A DNA stretch of 64,000 bases. It comes from Roseibacillus sp. (lineage in GTDB: Bacteria > Verrucomicrobiota > Verrucomicrobiia > Verrucomicrobiales > Akkermansiaceae). Location: the NCBI GenBank assembly GCA_965242925.1, contig CBDEUM010000014.1, positions 128,001 through 192,000 on the forward strand, in the 5' to 3' direction. The position numbers were made by a program, and so were the translations under genes. Below are positions 57,888 to 64,000 of this stretch, piece by piece. How positions within the stretch are numbered: the first letter of the stretch is position 1; each line of letters begins with the position of its first letter. The notes beneath the pieces are model-generated. The model saw only the letters and a program-made list of their open reading frames with translations. It ran no database searches and was not told the DNA's origin.

Positions 57888-59177
57888 CTACTTCCTGCGG
57901 TAGCAATCCAGGCGGGCACCCACCCGCAGATAGAAGCTGTTGTGAGCTACCGCCGGACTGGCATCCACCCAGGTCACTTCATCTCCCGGCCTGAGATCCG
58001 AGATGGCCAGCACGCGTGCCTCCTTGTCCACCTCGATGGCGTAACCCTCGCCGTCCCGCGAAAAGCAGAAAAGCCTGCCACCTATGAGGAGCGGCGAGGC
58101 ATAGAAGTTGCCCTGGAACTTCTTCTCCCACTTCGATTGCCCCGAGCGTGGGTCGACCGCCTGCAGCACCCCCCGGTCAGACAGCACAAAGAGGGTTTTC
58201 CCATCCGACACCGGGGTCGGGACGTAAGGGGCATGGTTCTCCAGCTGCCAGACCACCTCGGCCTTCCCTCCACTGGCATCGGGCGGGCGTACCGCCAGGA
58301 AGACGTTGTTGCCGCCCTCCCGCTTGCAACCAACTGTGAGAAGCGAATCCTTCTCCCCACTCCCAGCCAGGATATCAACCGGCGAGACGATGCAGCGCTC
58401 GTCGAAGAGGTCGGGCAGGGACCACAATTCCAGTCCATTCTCAACGTTCAATCCCCGCACTCCGATGCTGGTGCTGCTCACCACGACTTCATACTCCGGG
58501 CCATCGGCACCGTGACGCCTGCGGATGAGCGGGGACATGTAGGTCGTCTTGGGACTCGGACTGGGATACATTCTCTTCCATTCGGGTTCGCCTGTCTTTC
58601 CGTTCAGGGATGCCACGTATCCTCCGCGCTGATGCAGGTGGGCGATGATCACCGAACCCTCGTGAATAACGGGAACAATGTTTAAACCGTGAGCTCCCTT
58701 GAACTCCCCGATGTCGTAGTCCCACAGGTCCTTGCCGTCGTGGGAGCAGGCCGAGAGGACCGCCACCTTGCGGCTGGAATCATACCAACTGAAGACCACC
58801 AGGTCCTCAGCCAATGCCGGGGTGGCCGCCGCCGCGTTGTTCATCTTGTGGGTGCGGTAGGCTCCAACCTTCACTTCCTTGTGCCAGAGCGGCGTGCCAG
58901 TCTTGGCCTCGTAGCAATGCAGCCCAACAAGCCCCCTGGCACGATCTTCCGAGGTCACAAACACGCGATTGCCCCAGACCACGGGCGAACTGCTTCCCGG
59001 ACCGGGCAGGGACACGGACCACGCCCGCGTGCTCTCGCCCAGTTTGAGAGGGACTTCCTGCCCGGCCGCCACCCCCGATCCATCGGGACCCCGGAAACGG
59101 GGCCAGTTCCCGCCCTCACCGGCGGCACTTTCTAACAAAAGAAGGCTCGCCCATGAGATGATCGCAATTCCTTTCAT
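57888..59177 (-). CDS. PQQ-like beta-propeller repeat protein (PVC-expanded, BamB-like)
   Basis: Signal peptide from ATG 59177. NWPRFRGPDGSG, PGPGSSSPVVWG, ATPA, YVPTP, FYASP, ASPAV. Confidence 0.9.
   Translation of the reverse strand: MKGIAIISWASLLLLESAAGEGGNWPRFRGPDGSGVAAGQEVPLKLGESTRAWSVSLPGPGSSSPVVWGNRVFVTSEDRARGLVGLHCYEAKTGTPLWHKEVKVGAYRTHKMNNAAAATPALAEDLVVFSWYDSSRKVAVLSACSHDGKDLWDYDIGEFKGAHGLNIVPVIHEGSVIIAHLHQRGGYVASLNGKTGEPEWKRMYPSPSPKTTYMSPLIRRRHGADGPEYEVVVSSTSIGVRGLNVENGLELWSLPDLFDERCIVSPVDILAGSGEKDSLLTVGCKREGGNNVFLAVRPPDASGGKAEVVWQLENHAPYVPTPVSDGKTLFVLSDRGVLQAVDPRSGQSKWEKKFQGNFYASPLLIGGRLFCFSRDGEGYAIEVDKEARVLAISDLRPGDEVTWVDASPAVAHNSFYLRVGARLDCYRRK
57891..57921. repeat. Direct repeat copy 2 (3' end of the PQQ-propeller gene)
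   Basis: CTTCCTGCGGTAGCAATCCAGGCGGGCACCC; encodes GARLDCYRRK immediately before the TAG. Confidence 0.9.
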
Positions 59178-59394
59178 CGTTCTGCAGCGTGAATCTTTCA
59201 GCAGTCCTGACAGCACGTCACGCTGTCGCATTCTCGTCCCCGGGTCAACCACCCGCTGAATCCGCATCCCACCCACCGCATTTGACGGACTTGCCTTGTT
59301 GAATTAGAGTCCAGTCAGGGTAGAGCGTCCCCCCCACGCCAGCGTGCAGACTTGCAAGCCCGTGTCGCACTCCCTATCCCTGTCCCCCCCCAAC

Positions 59395-62300
59395 ATGGAA
59401 TTCCCAAAAACCCATTCCGCAAAGGGACTCCTTTTCAGCCTGTTCCTGCTGGCAGGATCCCTCCCCTCCCCCGCCGCCCCCATCATTTCCGAAATCCTCG
59501 CCGACAACGAGTCGGGTCAGCGGGACGAGGACGGTGACTGGGAGGACTGGCTGGAACTCTACAACCCCGATCCGGATCCGGTTGACCTCGGTGGCTACTT
59601 TCTCACTGATAGCCCGGAAAACCTTCCCAAGTGGCGCATCCCCGACAGCACCGTCCTCCAGCAGGGGCAGTTCCTTCTCCTCTTCGCCTCGGGCAAGGAC
59701 CGGGCGGTGGCCGGCCAGCAACTCCACACCAGTTTCAAACTCGAGAACAACGGCGAATACCTGGCCCTCGTCGGACCGGATGGAGTCGCCATCATCCATG
59801 AGTTCTCTCCCACCTATCCTGTCCAGTTCAACGATGCGTCCTACGGCGTGGAACAGGAACCTGTCACCGCGGAGGATATCCTGGTCGACGTGGATGCAGC
59901 CTGCTCCACCCATGTCGCCCCCGACAACAACCTCGGGATCAGCTGGACCCAGATCACCTTCAACGACAACCTGTGGACCGCAGGCTTCTTGGGAGCCGGT
60001 TACGATCGCGGCATCGGTTACGGCGACCTGATCAACGCGGATCTTGAGCAAGTTGCCTTCAACCAGAGCCCCTCGGTCTATATCCGGGTTCCGTTTGACC
60101 TTGATCGTACCGACAACATCATCAGCCTCGCCCTTGACCTGCAGTATGACGACGCCGTGGTTGCCTACCTCAACGGCGTGCGGGTCACTTCTCTGAACGC
60201 ACCCGGCTCTCTTGGTTTCGATTCCGTTGCCCTGAGTGACCGGCCGGATGCGGAGGCCCTCGACTTCCAGGCTATCCCGCTCAACAACCACCTCCACCGG
60301 CTGCGGGTCGGACAGAATGTCCTGTCCCTCCACCTCATGAACTCGGCCGCCGACGACGACGACCTCCTCGTCCGGCCCCAGCTCAGCGCTATCAGGGTGA
60401 CCGATCTCACCCTCGGCAACCTGGCTTACTTCGCCACCCCCACCCCGGGACAGCGAAACGGCAGCCAGGAGCAGCTCCCCACCAGTGAGGTGATCTTCTC
60501 CCACCGCAACAGAACGTTCAGCGACGACTTCGAGATCACCCTCGCCAGCACCTTTCCCGACGAGGAGGTCCGCTACACCATCGACCGCTCGGAACCCGAC
60601 GCGACCTCTCCCCTCTACACCAGACCCATCACGATCACCGATTCCATCCAGATCAGGGCACGCGTCTTCGGTGAGAACAATGCGGCCGGACCCATCAAGA
60701 TGCGAAGCTTCCTCAAACTGGGCGACGCCAACCTTCAGCAATTTAACTCCAATCTGCCGATTGTCATTCTGGAAACCTGGAACCGGGGAGATCCCGGGGG
60801 TGGCAATCCCCTGGACGGGTTCATGGCCATCATCGAACCCGACCCCGAAACCGGTCGCGCCAGGATGACCGATGAGTTTGACACCGATACCCGGGTGGGC
60901 CTCAAGCGCCGTGGTTCCTCGTCCTTCGGCTGGCCCAAGTATTCCATGACCGTGGAGGCCCGGGACGAAGAGGGTCTCGACAAGGGGATCACCCCCATCG
61001 GCCTGCCCCGTGAATCCGACTGGGTTCTGAGCGGACGCTACCAGTTCGACCGCGCCCTCATGCGCAACGATCTCATCTACGAACTGAGCCGTCAGACCGG
61101 AGAGTATGCCACCCGCACCAAGTTCGTGGAAGTCATTCACAACGTCCGCGGGGGTCCCCTCACCTATGCCGGGGACTACTTTGGCGTCTACTCCCTGACG
61201 GAGAAGATCAAGCGTGATGACAGCCGCGTCCCGGTGGCCCGTCTGGATCCCCGTGCTTCGCGGGAACCCACCATCTCGGGTGGCTACGTGTTCAAGAAGG
61301 ATCGCCTCGACCCGGGAGACGGCGGATTCAGCGTGGGCGGCCTGGGCCGGCTGGGCTGGGTGGAGCCAAAAGAGCGGGAGGTCTCCGGCCGGCAACGAGC
61401 CTGGTTGGTGGCGCACATGAATGAGGCCAACGCCGCCATCAGCGCGGGGGATGGAGTCAATCCGACCACCGGCAAGCACTTCACCGAGTACCTCGACCAG
61501 TTTTCATGGCTCCGTCATCACTGGCTCAACACCCTGGCCATGAACGTGGACGGTTTCCGGCTCAGTGGTTACTACTACAAGCACCGCAGTGACACCAATG
61601 GGGGAAAGATCGGAGCGGGACCGATCTGGGACTTCGACCGCACCATGGGCTCCACCGACGGCCGGGACGATAATCCCTCCCAGTGGGACGGCTCCGGCGA
61701 TTCCAGCCGGACATGGAGTGACAGCCGCTACATCTGGTGGGGCCAGGTCCTCGCCAACCCCGATTTCCGGCAGGCTCACACCGACCTCTGGCAGGAACTA
61801 CGCGAAAACGTCTTCTCCACCTCCAATATCGAGTCGGTCATCAACGACTTTGCCCGGCAGGTGGACGGACGGGATCCACTCGGAGCAAATGCTCCGGCCC
61901 TCGGACGCAGCCCGGCCGAACGCAACTTCACCAAATGGGGCAATGCCAGCCACCGCAACGAGGTCCGCATCCTCAAGACCTGGCTGCGGACGCGGGTTGG
62001 CTGGATCGACCGCCAGTATACCGCCAAGCCGCTCTTCAGCGCTCTCAACGGCATGAAGCGGCCGGGCCTCGTAGCGGCCGGGGACGAGTTCTCCTTCGTG
62101 GGCGACGGGACGATCTTCTACACCACTGACGGATCGGACCCCCGGGCATCGGGTGGCAATTCCTCCCGCACAGCACTCCCCTCCAATTCGAACGACTCGA
62201 TTGAAATCGAGGGCACCACCACCATTACCGCCCGAGCCCGCAACGGTCGTGGTCTCACCGCATGGAGTGGCCCGGTGACCGCCCACTTCCTGATCGGGCC

Positions 62301-63216
62301 CCTTGCAGACGCCTCCAATCTGGTGGTAACCGAGGTCCACTATGCACCCCTGCCGCCCGAGACCTCCGAGGAACTTGCCGCCGCCAATGACGCCTCGGAT
62401 CTCGAGTTCATCGAGATGAAGAACATCAGCACCGAAACCATCAATCTCACCGCGGTGAAATTTTCCGAGGGCCTGGACTTCGATTTCACCTTCTCCGACG
62501 TAACCTCCCTGGCACCCGGCGAGTTCGTGCTGATCGTCCGGAACAAGGCCGCCTTCGAGGCCCGCTATGGAACGGCTCACAGCGATCGCATCGCGGGCGA
62601 ATACGCTCCCACCCGACTTGAAAACGCGGGCGAACAACTGCATCTGGTGGACGGAATAGGAAACACCATCGCGAACTTCCGCTACAGTGACGCCTCCCCC
62701 TGGCCCGAACCGCCCGGCAAGGATGGTGTCAGCATGGTCCTGGATTCCTCCGCCCTCCCTGGTCCCGATTATAATGAAGCCGGGAACTGGATCAGCAGTG
62801 TGATTATCGGTGGAACACCCAACGCCGACGAGGTCATCAGCGGATTCTCGGGCCAAGCCAATGTCGACGACGATGGCGACGGTTATCCCAGGCTCATCGA
62901 GTATGTCCTCGGCACCAGCGACAACGACCCGGACGACACCAAGGGCAGGATCTCCACCGAAATCAGGAGCATGGAAGGACATGACGTCCTCACCATGAGC
63001 TTCCGCCGGATCAGTGACACAGTGAATGTGAATCTGATTCCACAGTTCAGCCTCAACCTCGAAAACTGGTTCGGGGGAGAGGAATTCGTCCCGCTCCTCT
63101 CGGAAGAAACCCAGGGCGACGGGACCACCATCGTGACCTATCGTGCCTCTCCGCCGCAGCAGGAGGGCGTCCCGCGACTCTTCATGCGCCTGCGAGCCGA
63201 GGTCGTGCAACCCTAG
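59395..63216 (+). CDS. Secreted CotH-kinase / lamin-tail-domain protein (about 1273 aa)
   Basis: Signal peptide from ATG 59395. LTD (ISEILADN..DWLELYN), YDDA beta-sandwich, kinase motifs KRRGSSS..K, YFGVYSLTEKIK, MNVDG, WDFD; LTD; C-terminal module. Confidence 0.92.
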   Translation: MEFPKTHSAKGLLFSLFLLAGSLPSPAAPIISEILADNESGQRDEDGDWEDWLELYNPDPDPVDLGGYFLTDSPENLPKWRIPDSTVLQQGQFLLLFASGKDRAVAGQQLHTSFKLENNGEYLALVGPDGVAIIHEFSPTYPVQFNDASYGVEQEPVTAEDILVDVDAACSTHVAPDNNLGISWTQITFNDNLWTAGFLGAGYDRGIGYGDLINADLEQVAFNQSPSVYIRVPFDLDRTDNIISLALDLQYDDAVVAYLNGVRVTSLNAPGSLGFDSVALSDRPDAEALDFQAIPLNNHLHRLRVGQNVLSLHLMNSAADDDDLLVRPQLSAIRVTDLTLGNLAYFATPTPGQRNGSQEQLPTSEVIFSHRNRTFSDDFEITLASTFPDEEVRYTIDRSEPDATSPLYTRPITITDSIQIRARVFGENNAAGPIKMRSFLKLGDANLQQFNSNLPIVILETWNRGDPGGGNPLDGFMAIIEPDPETGRARMTDEFDTDTRVGLKRRGSSSFGWPKYSMTVEARDEEGLDKGITPIGLPRESDWVLSGRYQFDRALMRNDLIYELSRQTGEYATRTKFVEVIHNVRGGPLTYAGDYFGVYSLTEKIKRDDSRVPVARLDPRASREPTISGGYVFKKDRLDPGDGGFSVGGLGRLGWVEPKEREVSGRQRAWLVAHMNEANAAISAGDGVNPTTGKHFTEYLDQFSWLRHHWLNTLAMNVDGFRLSGYYYKHRSDTNGGKIGAGPIWDFDRTMGSTDGRDDNPSQWDGSGDSSRTWSDSRYIWWGQVLANPDFRQAHTDLWQELRENVFSTSNIESVINDFARQVDGRDPLGANAPALGRSPAERNFTKWGNASHRNEVRILKTWLRTRVGWIDRQYTAKPLFSALNGMKRPGLVAAGDEFSFVGDGTIFYTTDGSDPRASGGNSSRTALPSNSNDSIEIEGTTTITARARNGRGLTAWSGPVTAHFLIGPLADASNLVVTEVHYAPLPPETSEELAAANDASDLEFIEMKNISTETINLTAVKFSEGLDFDFTFSDVTSLAPGEFVLIVRNKAAFEARYGTAHSDRIAGEYAPTRLENAGEQLHLVDGIGNTIANFRYSDASPWPEPPGKDGVSMVLDSSALPGPDYNEAGNWISSVIIGGTPNADEVISGFSGQANVDDDGDGYPRLIEYVLGTSDNDPDDTKGRISTEIRSMEGHDVLTMSFRRISDTVNVNLIPQFSLNLENWFGGEEFVPLLSEETQGDGTTIVTYRASPPQQEGVPRLFMRLRAEVVQP

Positions 63217-63222
63217 CCCCTG

Positions 63223-64000
63223 CTACTTTTTCCCCTTCAACCGGCCCTGGTACTCAGGCCGGTTTCTCCACTCCCTGAAGTAGGGCCGGTAGGCTTCCAG
63301 ATCCGTCCAGAAGATCCGGGGCGGCTGGCGAGAATCAACCTTGCCGGAGGGATAATCCTTTCCCGCCACACTCGCATCGACCGTCGCGTTCCATTTTTGG
63401 AAGGCCTTGCGAAGGCGCTGAGCCACCTCCGGGTGCTTGGCTCTCACATCCTCCTTCTCCGCTGGATCGTCACCCAGGTGGTAGAGCTCAAAGTCTCCCT
63501 TGCTCACGTTCTTCGAGTAGAGCTTGAACTCGTTGTCGACCAAGGCGCCCCGCACCGCGCTCCGAAACCCGATCGGCTTGCGGCGCGGACCCAGCTCCCT
63601 CTCGAAGAGCGGACGCAGACTCTGTCCGTCTTGCGGCTGGAGCATGGAGGCAGCGGGGAGCCCCGCCACTTCCGCCAGGGTGGGAAAGATGTCCATGGTG
63701 GCGGCCGGAAAAGAGGTCACCCGTGGCTTGGTGATTCCCTTCGGCCACTCGATGACTCCCGGCACGCGCAGGCCACCCTCGAAGAGCGATCCCTTGTAGC
63801 CCCGCAGTCCGCCCACCGTGTCGGGCTTGAATCCCGCAAGCCCCCCGTTGTCGCTGCAAAACCAAACCAGGGTGTCGGGGCCGATTCCAATCTCGCGCAA
63901 TCCCGCCCGCAGGGTTCCGAGACTGCGATCCATGGCCGCTAGTTCCGCGTAGTGATGCTGCGACCTCTTATCGAGATTCGCGAAGAGCTTGAGATCCCGT
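63223..64000 (-). CDS. Sulfatase, C-terminal part (partial, starts beyond the window)
   Basis: Open frame to the window edge (..HHYAELAAMDRSLG), FCSDNGG, KGSLFEGGLRVP, MDIFPTL, ELYHL..DPAE. Confidence 0.9.
   Translation of the reverse strand, partial: RDLKLFANLDKRSQHHYAELAAMDRSLGTLRAGLREIGIGPDTLVWFCSDNGGLAGFKPDTVGGLRGYKGSLFEGGLRVPGVIEWPKGITKPRVTSFPAATMDIFPTLAEVAGLPAASMLQPQDGQSLRPLFERELGPRRKPIGFRSAVRGALVDNEFKLYSKNVSKGDFELYHLGDDPAEKEDVRAKHPEVAQRLRKAFQKWNATVDASVAGKDYPSGKVDSRQPPRIFWTDLEAYRPYFREWRNRPEYQGRLKGKK

Overview
GC-rich, gene-dense bacterial window. Its gene content is typical of marine PVC bacteria, most likely Verrucomicrobiota (inferred from DUF1501/DUF1549-1553 cassette, PVC heme CxxCH proteins, an H-X9-DG pilin and several sulfatases). 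It holds about 35 CDS, mostly secreted or cell-envelope: glycan-degradation enzymes, an MBOAT/SGNH O-acylation pair, a solute-symporter/MetE-like/enolase-like unit, and six large modular secreted proteins, three of them CotH-kinase/lamin-tail proteins. I saw no rRNA, tRNA, CRISPR, transposase or integrase. Main leads: (1) a VTC (polyphosphate-polymerase-like)-DUF4956-pilin operon divergent from a giant secreted CotH kinase, a candidate polyP-linked extracellular phosphorylation system; (2) a shared C-terminal module (S-x-[DN]-L-x-x-W...F-x-R) on the large secreted proteins that may be a sorting signal; (3) a 31-bp direct repeat duplicating the 3' end of the PQQ-propeller gene and bracketing a single 2.9-kb LamG gene, an integrase-less insertion signature; (4) extensive domain shuffling among the secreted proteins; (5) a symporter pseudogene and a caspase-like protease that the ORF track misses. 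All family names come from motif recognition by eye, not from database searches.
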